Assembly: GCA_963787125.1 (NCBI GenBank)
Contig: CAWBBV010000001.1
Location: 672,001-736,000, forward strand
Length of the DNA stretch: 64,000 bases
Direction of reading: 5' to 3'
Source of the DNA: an uncultured delta proteobacterium
Lineage (GTDB): Bacteria; Desulfobacterota; Desulfuromonadia; Geobacterales; DSM-12255
Shown here one piece after another: positions 51,468 to 60,900 of the stretch. The position numbers were made by a program, and so were the translations under genes. Within the stretch, counting starts at the first letter, position 1. Every line of letters begins with the position of its first letter. Under the pieces are notes generated by a model that searched no databases, was not told the origin of the DNA, and worked only from the letters and a program-made list of their open reading frames with translations.

Positions 51468-51977
51468 ATGAGAAAAATAGTTATTATTGTGTCAGTAAGT
51501 CTGGTTGCGGCACTTCAATTAGCCGGTTGTGGTTCTGGTTCAACGGTTACGATTCCACAACAAAAAACCGCAAAAATAGTCTTTTCTGCTTCAACGTCGG
51601 CAGCACTGCCAGTGCCCGTCAGGACATTGACAATAGTTGCCAATATCCCTGCAGGGGTCACCGTGCCTCTCAATGCTGACGGTACGCCGGTCTTTACTAC
51701 TACCAAAAGCAGCGCATACCCTACCGGTAGTTTTATCCCTCCGCGTTTGACCATAGCTCTGGCAGATGCAACATCACCTTCTGGACTCGGTTCAGTCAAT
51801 GTGGGGGCCTTTGCTGAAATTGTTGTTTCGTATCCGTCCGGTTCTTCGATTACTGAAGCAAGTTTTACCGGAATCAACAATCCTTTTCCGAACTTTACTG
51901 CGACAGGGCTGGATAGTGCGCCCTCCACAGTAATCCTTACAGGGGTACTTAAGCCCTCAATGAAGGTAACGTTTTGA
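51468..51977 (+). CDS. Lipoprotein, predicted beta-sandwich (candidate cohesin-like)
   Basis: Lipobox LAGC; beta-rich; no heme motif; directly follows the dockerin-bearing gene. Confidence 0.7.
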   Translation: MRKIVIIVSVSLVAALQLAGCGSGSTVTIPQQKTAKIVFSASTSAALPVPVRTLTIVANIPAGVTVPLNADGTPVFTTTKSSAYPTGSFIPPRLTIALADATSPSGLGSVNVGAFAEIVVSYPSGSSITEASFTGINNPFPNFTATGLDSAPSTVILTGVLKPSMKVTF

Positions 51978-52017
51978 TTTCGGTTTCTGACAAGCCTGTT
52001 TTTCACGGGAGTGCAAG

Positions 52018-55000
52018 ATGATGATTAAAAGCCTTCTGCTCGCGATACTCTGCCTCATACCTGTTTCCGGAATGGCAGTCACTGTTGACGCTCCTCACGG
52101 CGGAGTGTCAAGCGGCTATACATGTGCTAATTGTCATACGACTCACGCTGACCTTGGTAGTAACGGTTACGATAACATCTGTCTCAACTGTCACCGGACA
52201 GGTATGCCAAAAAGCGGTAACAGGCCGTTTAGTCCTGCGGATGCGGCAAATCCCTTTGGAACAATGACAGGCATCCTCCCGGCTAAACTTTACCAGACCT
52301 CCCATAACTGGAGCAGTCCGGATACTCTGGCTGCAGCAGGAGCTGAGCCGCCACTGATGGGCGCGATGACTTCCAACAGTCTGAGAGCGAGAACCGGCAA
52401 CCGCCTTGCCTGTGTGCGCTGCCATAACCAGCATGACAACAGTAATCCGCCCTTTCTGCGCGTAACTAACAATCGTGACCAGTTATGTCTTGATTGTCAC
52501 CGCAGTCGCAATGTCAGAAATCATGCGGCCGGGAGCCACCCAGTCAACTTCAGCTACAGCGGTGCAGGTTCAAAAGTCAGGACAAATCCAACTCAGTTCA
52601 ACAATCCCCCTCTCAATGCCAATCCTGCCAATGCCACGGCTGATCTGGGCAGGGCAATGGGGAAAACTGGAGGAACGCTTCTCTGTACCACCTGTCATGC
52701 GGTTCATTATGGCGATTCATCAAGTGCTACCTTTGACAACCACTCAGGCTATAATGACCTTAAAGATGCAGACGGGAATCTACTCAGAACCGATCTTCAT
52801 GGCGAAGGTGCCGATGCGACCAATATTTGCACCAATTGTCATGCCGGGAAAAAGGCTCATAACGGCCGGGGACAGAATGTTCAGTGCGCCGACTGCCACG
52901 GAGCCCATGTTGCCTATGATAAAAATGCCGTAACTGCAGGGCAGAAAATTCCTAATGTCTGGCTGGTCAAGCGCTACATGAATATTTCAACCGTGTCAGG
53001 TTCCGCAAAGAAGCATGCGGTTTATTTCCAGTCGACAACTGCAAAAAATTACAAGGACTCTGCCGGCAATGGAGTATGTCAGTCGTGTCATGAAGTGCCG
53101 ATCGGGTCCGGATATCCGGCAGAGCATAACAGTCTGTCAGCAGATGTCTGCAACGGCTGTCATTTCCACTCAAACAGCTCCGGTTCATTTTCCGCGCTTG
53201 CTTCAGGGTCGTGCAATTCCTGTCACGGTTATCCACCGCAGGCCAACACTCCTGGCGGGCCGCGAGGTTACGCTGTTTTTAACGGTAATATCGCCTCACC
53301 GTTTACCAACGAGTCTTCAAGTCCTCACATCACTCATGCCGGTGGAATAACCTACAGCAAAGCGTGCAAGGAGTGTCATCAGGGTAACATCCACCGCTCG
53401 GGGACTTTTCAGGATATATTCAAGGACACGACCGGCCTTGTTGCCGGACTCTTCGGCGCTGTGCCGACTTTCAGCGGGGGTAACCCGCAGGCGCCGCTCT
53501 GCTCGAATGTCTACTGCCATAGTGACGGCGCCCCCAGAAACGCGGCGCTGATTCCGGTACTGACTACCAAGACGATCCCTGGTTGGGCAAATGGCCGCGG
53601 AGCACTGGTCGGTCAAGCTGATGAATGTCGCCGCTGCCATGGCGATGCGACAAGTCTCAATACAAATTCACACAAAAAGCATCTTGCCGGTGCTATCGGC
53701 TGTGTCAGTTGCCACAGCGCCACTGTTGCCGACAGCAAGACAATAAAAAATTTCATCCTCCATGCCGATGGCGTAAAAAATATTCAATTCGGCAGTTTTA
53801 CCGCTGCTTTTCGAGCCGGATGGAATGAAGCAACGGCAACCTGTTCAACGCTTTACTGTCACAGCACAGTGCAGGGGGCCGCTGGCAAAGGTGCGCCGAC
53901 AGCCTATGCAACTCCTGTATGGGGTGGTGCAACCCTTACCTGCGGCAGCTGTCATCTGGACGAAGCAACCGATGCGGTTGGTACCGGCAGCCACCATGTT
54001 CACACCAATGTCGGCGGCGCCAATCTTGACTGCGCCCGCTGTCACCTCGGTTACACCAAAACAACGTCAGCTCCAACCACACATGTGAACGGTTTGATCG
54101 ATCTCGGCGCTGCCGGAATCAATTATTCACAAGGAAGCGGCGCCGGTCATCCGGCCGGCAACGGCTACGGCAACTGCTCTTCAACGGTCTGTCACGGTAG
54201 CGGCATACCTGTTTGGGGCAGTCCGCTCTGGTCAACTACCGACCAGTGCGGCAAGTGCCACAGCAGTTCTGCAGCAGGAGCTGTGACCGCAGGCACCCCT
54301 TACTACAGCACCTCCTTCCCGACCAAAACCACCTTGAATACCGATCCCAAGGTCGGCGCTCACACAGCCCATATAACCGCCAGTGAAAGCCTCCATCCGG
54401 GCTTGGCCTGCGCCGACTGCCACGGCATAGTCAACCTCAATGATGCCACCCATATGAATGGCGTCACCAATTTCAACTGGAGCGTTTTGGCAAAAACCGG
54501 CAACCTGTCCCCTTCCTACAACCCGGCAACCGGCCAGTGCACCAACGTCTACTGCCATGGCAACGCCATGCCTGGTGGCGACACCAGCGGCAGCAACAAA
54601 TCACCGATCTGGAACGTGCCGACATATCTGCCGGCGACACTAACAGTTGCCGGCTGCGGCACCTGCCACGGCTTCCCTCCGCCGACTGCTAACGGCCACC
54701 CAGCCGTTATCCTGCCGGTCGGTTTTCCGTCAGCAACAGTGCCAATCGGCACAAGCTGCAACTGCCACGGCAATATAAATCCTGCCGGCTATAGTTATGC
54801 CAACATTTTTGTCGACAAAACCATGCACATAAACGGCACGCTCGAAGGTGGCAAATGCGATTCCTGCCACGGTTATCCACCGGCAAGTGTCGGCTTCAAA
54901 GGCACCCAGAACAACTGGAGCAGTGCCCGGACAGAAGATTACGCCGGTGGTGGTGGCGCTCACACGATCAACAAGCATGTCAGCAGCACCGCCAAGCCGG

Positions 55001-55239
55001 CAGACGGCTTTGCCTTCTGCAGCAATTGCCATGTGTCGAATGATCATCAGATGAGCCCGACTGTATTTATTCCCAGCCAGAACATCAAAATAAGGATCAG
55101 TCAGGGTGTCAGACTGGTAGCGGCAAAACAGGCTAAATACAGTTCAAATCGACTCGATGGCGTCACGCATCAAACCGGGACCTGTTCCAACATAAGTTGC
55201 CACTTCGGGGCCACTCCTAAATGGGATCAGAATCATTAA
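52018..55239 (+). CDS. Giant multiheme cytochrome c (about 26 heme motifs)
   Basis: Signal peptide; manual count 20 CxxCH, 5 CX4CH, 1 CXCH. Confidence 0.92.
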   Translation: MMIKSLLLAILCLIPVSGMAVTVDAPHGGVSSGYTCANCHTTHADLGSNGYDNICLNCHRTGMPKSGNRPFSPADAANPFGTMTGILPAKLYQTSHNWSSPDTLAAAGAEPPLMGAMTSNSLRARTGNRLACVRCHNQHDNSNPPFLRVTNNRDQLCLDCHRSRNVRNHAAGSHPVNFSYSGAGSKVRTNPTQFNNPPLNANPANATADLGRAMGKTGGTLLCTTCHAVHYGDSSSATFDNHSGYNDLKDADGNLLRTDLHGEGADATNICTNCHAGKKAHNGRGQNVQCADCHGAHVAYDKNAVTAGQKIPNVWLVKRYMNISTVSGSAKKHAVYFQSTTAKNYKDSAGNGVCQSCHEVPIGSGYPAEHNSLSADVCNGCHFHSNSSGSFSALASGSCNSCHGYPPQANTPGGPRGYAVFNGNIASPFTNESSSPHITHAGGITYSKACKECHQGNIHRSGTFQDIFKDTTGLVAGLFGAVPTFSGGNPQAPLCSNVYCHSDGAPRNAALIPVLTTKTIPGWANGRGALVGQADECRRCHGDATSLNTNSHKKHLAGAIGCVSCHSATVADSKTIKNFILHADGVKNIQFGSFTAAFRAGWNEATATCSTLYCHSTVQGAAGKGAPTAYATPVWGGATLTCGSCHLDEATDAVGTGSHHVHTNVGGANLDCARCHLGYTKTTSAPTTHVNGLIDLGAAGINYSQGSGAGHPAGNGYGNCSSTVCHGSGIPVWGSPLWSTTDQCGKCHSSSAAGAVTAGTPYYSTSFPTKTTLNTDPKVGAHTAHITASESLHPGLACADCHGIVNLNDATHMNGVTNFNWSVLAKTGNLSPSYNPATGQCTNVYCHGNAMPGGDTSGSNKSPIWNVPTYLPATLTVAGCGTCHGFPPPTANGHPAVILPVGFPSATVPIGTSCNCHGNINPAGYSYANIFVDKTMHINGTLEGGKCDSCHGYPPASVGFKGTQNNWSSARTEDYAGGGGAHTINKHVSSTAKPADGFAFCSNCHVSNDHQMSPTVFIPSQNIKIRISQGVRLVAAKQAKYSSNRLDGVTHQTGTCSNISCHFGATPKWDQNH
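53926..55025 (+). repeat. ~1.1 kb near-identical repeat, copy 1
   Basis: Matches 56543-57642 at constant offset 2617 with few, mostly synonymous, substitutions. Confidence 0.93.
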
Positions 55240-55318
55240 TCTTAAGCGGGTCTAAAAAATACTGTAAGGATTTGTTTTGGTGAAAATGTTTATAATTGAC
55301 AGGGAAAAGGAGTCCTAA

Positions 55319-57856
55319 ATGAAAGCTCAATCAACGCTGGTAAGCTATTCTAAGGTGTCTGGAATTCTGGTTTTCATTGTCGGGCTGCTAATATCTGTAT
55401 TTATTACTGCCGACGAAGCTGCAGCAAGCATGCTCAACTCCTGCACGCTCTACTGTCACGGCATGCCGCCGCGAGATGCCGCCCGTAAGGCCAACCCGCA
55501 CTTTGACTCCCAATCGAGCGCCTTTGTCGGCAATCACCGTAACCATCTCCCTGCTGCACCTGTTGCCCCTGACTGTAGCGTTTGTCACTTTCCGGTTGCG
55601 TCAACCGATTTTGGCCATCAAAACGGTACAATCAGCATGGCAAACAGCTTGAAGGGTTACTCATCCGCGGCTCTGAGAGCCAAATATGACAAGGGAATTT
55701 TCTTTAATCAAACATCAATACCCAACTTGACTAATGCCACTTGCTCAAATGTAAGTTGCCACTTCGAGAAAAAGACCCCGGTCTGGAACTCTGCTGCATT
55801 TGTCGCCCCTGCTGACTGCAGCGCCTGTCATGGCGCACCTCCTTCAGGTGGGGCTGCCGGCTCTGTTGGCAGCCATCTTCGTCACGACGCCTACTTCCCG
55901 GGAACAACCGGCTGTCAGAAATGTCACCCCGGTTACAGCGGTTTCGCCCACGCAAGCAGCGCTGGCCGTCCTTTACGTGTCCAGGGTTATCTGCGGGATC
56001 CGCTTAATTCTCTGGAATCGGCTGCAATTTACTCCGGCTCCGGTACTAATTATCTTCCCAGTCAGAGCGGTTCCCAGGCTTTCGGCACCTGCTCTAACCT
56101 TTATTGTCACAGTTCGGGTCAGTCTGCAAGCGGCGCTGGAGCAGGGACTGCTGTAACAACAGGCAACTGGGGGAGCGCTGCCCTCGCCTGCGGCAGTTGT
56201 CATCAGAATATGGGGCCGGCAGTCAATGCCAACGCAACCGGCAAGCATGCCAGACATGCCCAGACGGCTGCAATCTCCTGTGCAGTCTGCCATGGGGCAG
56301 CTTATAGCAGTACGACTGTGCCGACCGGTGCAGGTACTACCCATGTGGATAAAAATATCAATCTGTCCTGGACTGGGCTTGCAGCCTTGCCCGCAACAAC
56401 TTATTCCAAAGGTAACAGTTTCAGTGCCGGTGTTGCAGCCTACGGCACCTGTTCTAACAGCTACTGTCATAGTTCTGTCCAGAATGCTGTTGACGGCTTA
56501 AATACGGGTATCAGCTATAGTGCCGGAATCAGCTGGGTGGCAGGTGCAACCCTTACCTGCGGCAGTTGCCATCTGGACGAAGCAACCGATGCGGTTGGTA
56601 CCGGCAGTCACCATGCTCACACCAATGCCGGCGGCGCCAATCTTGACTGCGCCCGCTGTCACCTCGGTTACACCAAAACAACGTCAGCTCCAACCACACA
56701 TGTTAACGGTTTGATCGATCTCGGCGCTGCCGGAATCAATTATTCACAAGGAAGCGGCGCCGGTCATCCGGCCGGCAACGGCTACGGCAACTGCTCTTCA
56801 ACGGTCTGTCACGGTAGCGGCATACCTGTTTGGGGCAGTCCGCTCTGGTCAACTACCGACCAGTGCGGCAAGTGCCACAGCAGCTCTGCAGCAGGAGCTG
56901 TGACCGCAGGCACCCCTTACTACAGCACCTCCTTCCCGACCAAAACCACTTTGAATACCGATCCCAAGGTCGGCGCTCACACAGCCCATATAACCGCCAG
57001 TGAAAGCCTCCATCCGGGCTTGGCCTGCACCGACTGCCACGGCATTGTCAACCTCAATGACGCTACCCATATGAATGGCGTCACCAACTTCAACTGGAGC
57101 GTTTTGGCAAAAACCGGCAACCTGTCCCCTACCTACAACCCGGCAACCGGCCAGTGCACCAACGTCTACTGCCATGGTAACGCCATGCCGGGAGGAGACA
57201 CCAGCGGCAGCAACAAATCACCGATCTGGAACGTGCCGACATATCTGCCGGCAACACTGACAGTTGCCGGCTGCGGTACCTGCCACGGCTTCCCTCCGCC
57301 GACTGCTAACGGCCATCCAGCCGTTATCCTGCCGGTCGGTTTCCCGTCAGCAACAGTACCAATCGGCACAAGCTGCAACTGCCACGGCAATATAAATCCT
57401 GCCGGCTATAGTTATGCCAACATTTTTGTCGACAAAGCCATGCATATAAACGGCACGCTCGAAGGTGGCAAATGCGATTCCTGCCACGGTTATCCACCGG
57501 CAAGTGTCGGCTTCAAAGGCACCCAGAACAACTGGAGCAGTGCCCGGACAGAAGATTACGCCGGTGGTGGCGGCGCTCACACGATCAACAAGCATGTCAG
57601 CAGCACCGCCAGGCCGGCAGACGGCTTTGCCTTCTGTAGCAAGTGTCACAGCCCTGCAGACCATCTGACCGTGCCGAACTCTTTTACCATAACCCAGCAT
57701 ATTAAAGTAACCGTCAACAACCGTTACCGCCTTGAAGCCGGCAGTCAGGCGAAATACACTTCCAATCGCCTGGTTAGCCCTGCTCACGTTACCGGAAACT
57801 GTTCCAACATAAGTTGCCATTTTGGAGCGACACCCAAATGGGATCCTAGTCATTAA
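55319..57856 (+). CDS. Multiheme cytochrome c (about 20 heme motifs)
   Basis: Signal peptide; manual count 12 CxxCH, 6 CX4CH, 1 CX3CH, 1 CXCH. Confidence 0.92.
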   Translation: MKAQSTLVSYSKVSGILVFIVGLLISVFITADEAAASMLNSCTLYCHGMPPRDAARKANPHFDSQSSAFVGNHRNHLPAAPVAPDCSVCHFPVASTDFGHQNGTISMANSLKGYSSAALRAKYDKGIFFNQTSIPNLTNATCSNVSCHFEKKTPVWNSAAFVAPADCSACHGAPPSGGAAGSVGSHLRHDAYFPGTTGCQKCHPGYSGFAHASSAGRPLRVQGYLRDPLNSLESAAIYSGSGTNYLPSQSGSQAFGTCSNLYCHSSGQSASGAGAGTAVTTGNWGSAALACGSCHQNMGPAVNANATGKHARHAQTAAISCAVCHGAAYSSTTVPTGAGTTHVDKNINLSWTGLAALPATTYSKGNSFSAGVAAYGTCSNSYCHSSVQNAVDGLNTGISYSAGISWVAGATLTCGSCHLDEATDAVGTGSHHAHTNAGGANLDCARCHLGYTKTTSAPTTHVNGLIDLGAAGINYSQGSGAGHPAGNGYGNCSSTVCHGSGIPVWGSPLWSTTDQCGKCHSSSAAGAVTAGTPYYSTSFPTKTTLNTDPKVGAHTAHITASESLHPGLACTDCHGIVNLNDATHMNGVTNFNWSVLAKTGNLSPTYNPATGQCTNVYCHGNAMPGGDTSGSNKSPIWNVPTYLPATLTVAGCGTCHGFPPPTANGHPAVILPVGFPSATVPIGTSCNCHGNINPAGYSYANIFVDKAMHINGTLEGGKCDSCHGYPPASVGFKGTQNNWSSARTEDYAGGGGAHTINKHVSSTARPADGFAFCSKCHSPADHLTVPNSFTITQHIKVTVNNRYRLEAGSQAKYTSNRLVSPAHVTGNCSNISCHFGATPKWDPSH
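56543..57642 (+). repeat. ~1.1 kb near-identical repeat, copy 2
   Basis: Partner of 53926-55025. Confidence 0.93.
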
Positions 57857-57860
57857 CTGA

Positions 57861-57901
57861 CCGGCTTGGCGGGGAGTATTTCTCCGTCAAGCCGGGTTTT
57901 T
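57861..57901 (+). terminator. Stem-loop / intrinsic terminator between cytochrome genes
   Basis: CCGGCTTGGCGGGGA...TCTCCGTCAAGCCGG followed by T5. Confidence 0.7.
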
Positions 57902-57933
57902 GCGTATAAGTTGATCGAGGGAAGGAGTTGATT

Positions 57934-60900
57934 ATGGGGAAAAATCGCGTGAGAAGAAGACAAAACTCACAAATGATAATGGTAGCGCTTACTGTATTGG
58001 CAACATTGGTTCTTAGCTTTGGCAATGTTCAGGCTGGCGTTCTCAATTCATGTAGCAGCTACTGTCACGGTATGCCCCCGCGAGATTCTATCCGCAAGGC
58101 TAATCCTCACTTTGACTCCCAGTCGAGCGCATTCCTCGGCAACCACCGTAACCACCTGCCGCCTGCCCCTGTTGCCGCTGATTGCACCCTTTGCCATATT
58201 CCTGTGCTGCCAACTGACTTTAGTCATCAGACGGACATCATCAGTATGGTCAATTCCCTTAAAGGCTATTCGTCAGCTAACATTCGGGCTAAATATGACA
58301 AGGGCACTTTTTTCAATCAGACCTCGGTTCCCAACTTTACTAACGCAACCTGCTCAAATGTAAGCTGTCACTTTGAATCAAAAACCCCTGTATGGGGATC
58401 GCCATCTTACGCTGTTCCTGCCGACTGTAACAGTTGTCACGGTTTCCCGCCGGTTGGGGTTACCGGTACCCCTGCCGGCGGTCTCGCCGGCAGTCACCCC
58501 CGACACAATGCGTTTTATTCCGGAACAACCGGCTGCCAGAAGTGTCATCCCGGGTACACAAGCTTTACCCATGCCAGTAGCGCAGGTCGCTCTTTGCGCG
58601 TGCAAGGTTACCTGAAAGATCCGCTCAACAATCTGGAAACTGGCGCTACCTACTCCGGTGCCGGCACTAATTACCTCCCAAGCAAGAGTAGTTCGCAAAT
58701 ATTCGGCAGTTGCAACAACGTATACTGTCACAGTTCAGCGCAAGGTTCAGCCGGAACCGGTGCAATTACCTACCAATCGCCTGCCTGGGGCGGCGGATCG
58801 CTCACCTGTGGCAGTTGTCATAAAAACATGGCTACCGACGCAACCGCTACCGGTAGCCACCAGATACATGCAACGACATCTGCGACAGCCAACGGCACCG
58901 GAGTCAACTTGACCTGTCAGGTTTGCCACGGTCTTTCATACAGCCGGACAATGGCTCCGGTTGGTAGTACCCATGCCAATAAAACAATTGAACTGTTTTT
59001 TTCTACAATATCAGGGGCTAACGGTCTAGGTACCAATTACAATAAAAGCGGTTCATTCGCTCCCGGCAGTGCCTATGGCCAGTGTTCTGCAAGCGCCTGC
59101 CACGGATCCGGCAAACCGGTCTGGGGGGCAAACACGACGCGACCGGAGTGCTTCAAGTGCCATGGTTCAACTGTGGCTGCATTTTCTACTGTCAGTGCGG
59201 CCAGTGTGGCTCCAGGTTTTAATAATGAAGGCCGCGATACCGGTGGTAACAGTGTTGCCACATCTCCACGGGTAGGAGCGCACCAGACTCATCTGACTGC
59301 AACAGATAACATCTCCGGTCCGATTCATTGCGGCGAATGTCACACTCCGCACCTGACTGTCAAGGATACCACGCACCTGAACTATACAACTGCCACAGTC
59401 TCCTTCGGACCGTTGGCTAAGACAGCCGGCCATGCCCCCGGAGTCAGTCGCTCAGCCGGCGTTATCAGCTGCGCCAATACCTATTGTCATAATGGTAACA
59501 GGGTCGGTGCAACTGCCGTTGCCACAACCCCTATTTTCACCTCCGCCAGTCTGATCGGCAACACGACCATAGCTGATACCTGTACTAATAAGTGCCACGG
59601 CATGCCCCCTGGTGCCAGTGTAGCCGGTGATACCCATGCTGCTTTGACCGGTGCGTACACTACGCCGACCAGCCTGTCGGCCTGTAGTTCACAAACAGGC
59701 GGCACCGGCTGTCACCCAACGCTGAATGGCGCTCCGACACTCATGACAAATATATTCTTCGACAAGACAAAGCATATTAACGGTTCTGTCGAGGCGGCCG
59801 GTGGGCACGCTTTTCCTTATGGAGGTTCCGTTCACAGGCCGGGAGGAACCGGCAGTCCGCTTGCCAATGCCAGTGCGCCGTACACAAACTGCAGCGGTTG
59901 CCATGATACATCAACGGCGAGTGGAATCTATCCTGTTGCCAGCGGCGTTAAGCCGCTCTGTTCAGCCTGTCACGTGAATACAGCCACCTTCACCGGAGCA
60001 ACTCCCGGCTGTTACGATTGCCACGGCTCCAGCGCAACCAACGGTATGCCCAGCGGGGGTGCCTTCCCTAACTTGAGTGGCAGTCATTCCAAGCATGTAG
60101 TCGGTCAAGCTCTGGCCTGTTCTGTCTGTCATGCCGGCAAGGGTGGCGGCGTTGGTGATACCACCCATGGAAGTAGTAACCGTGTTGCGCACACCGCCGC
60201 TAATCCATTCGTAAACGTGACGTCAACTACTGCCCAGTTCCATTTTACCTGGACCGGCAAGGGCACCTGCGCCAATGTTGCCTGTCACGGTACCGCTGAA
60301 TGGGGCGTAACCAAGTTCAACTGTCTGACTTGTCACTCGGTAGCAGTGGGTGCAAGGGCAGCAGTAGTCGGTCAGTTTGCTTCACAATCGCATCATATTC
60401 AAGGTGCAGAGACGCTCACTACGGCGCAGTGTTATAAGTGCCACTGGGAGGCCAAGATTGACGGCTCTGTCGACAGTGCATACCATAGCGGCACAGCGGG
60501 TAAAGGTGTAAGCCTTGTGGTCTGGAACGGTGCAGTCAGGCCAACGGTCGCGACCATGGGGACAACCTATATCTCCTATACCGCCAACGGTTCCCGATCC
60601 CAGATTGCCAAACTCAACCAGGTCTGTCTTGGCTGCCATAACTCAGCCGGTATTTCTGCGGCCAACCTGTTTGGTACCTTCGCTTCGGATCAGTACTCAC
60701 CTGAGCCGAGAATGCAGCCGGCACTTGCCAGGACAAGTATCCTTTCACGTTACTCAAGTACACGGACAGTTGCTTGGAGTAATTACAACTTCACCAACTC
60801 TTCAGGTCAGGTCAATCAGTACGGCACAAACCAGAAATACAGAATTACCAAGGCGCTTTCAGCTCACGGAAATGCTGTCAAAAACCAGTTCCCGGCCTGG

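Noticed and set aside
53926..57642. Repeat pair as a diversity-generating retroelement TR/VR or a CRISPR array
   Set aside because: Far too long, differences are not adenine-specific, no reverse transcriptase and no repeat-spacer periodicity
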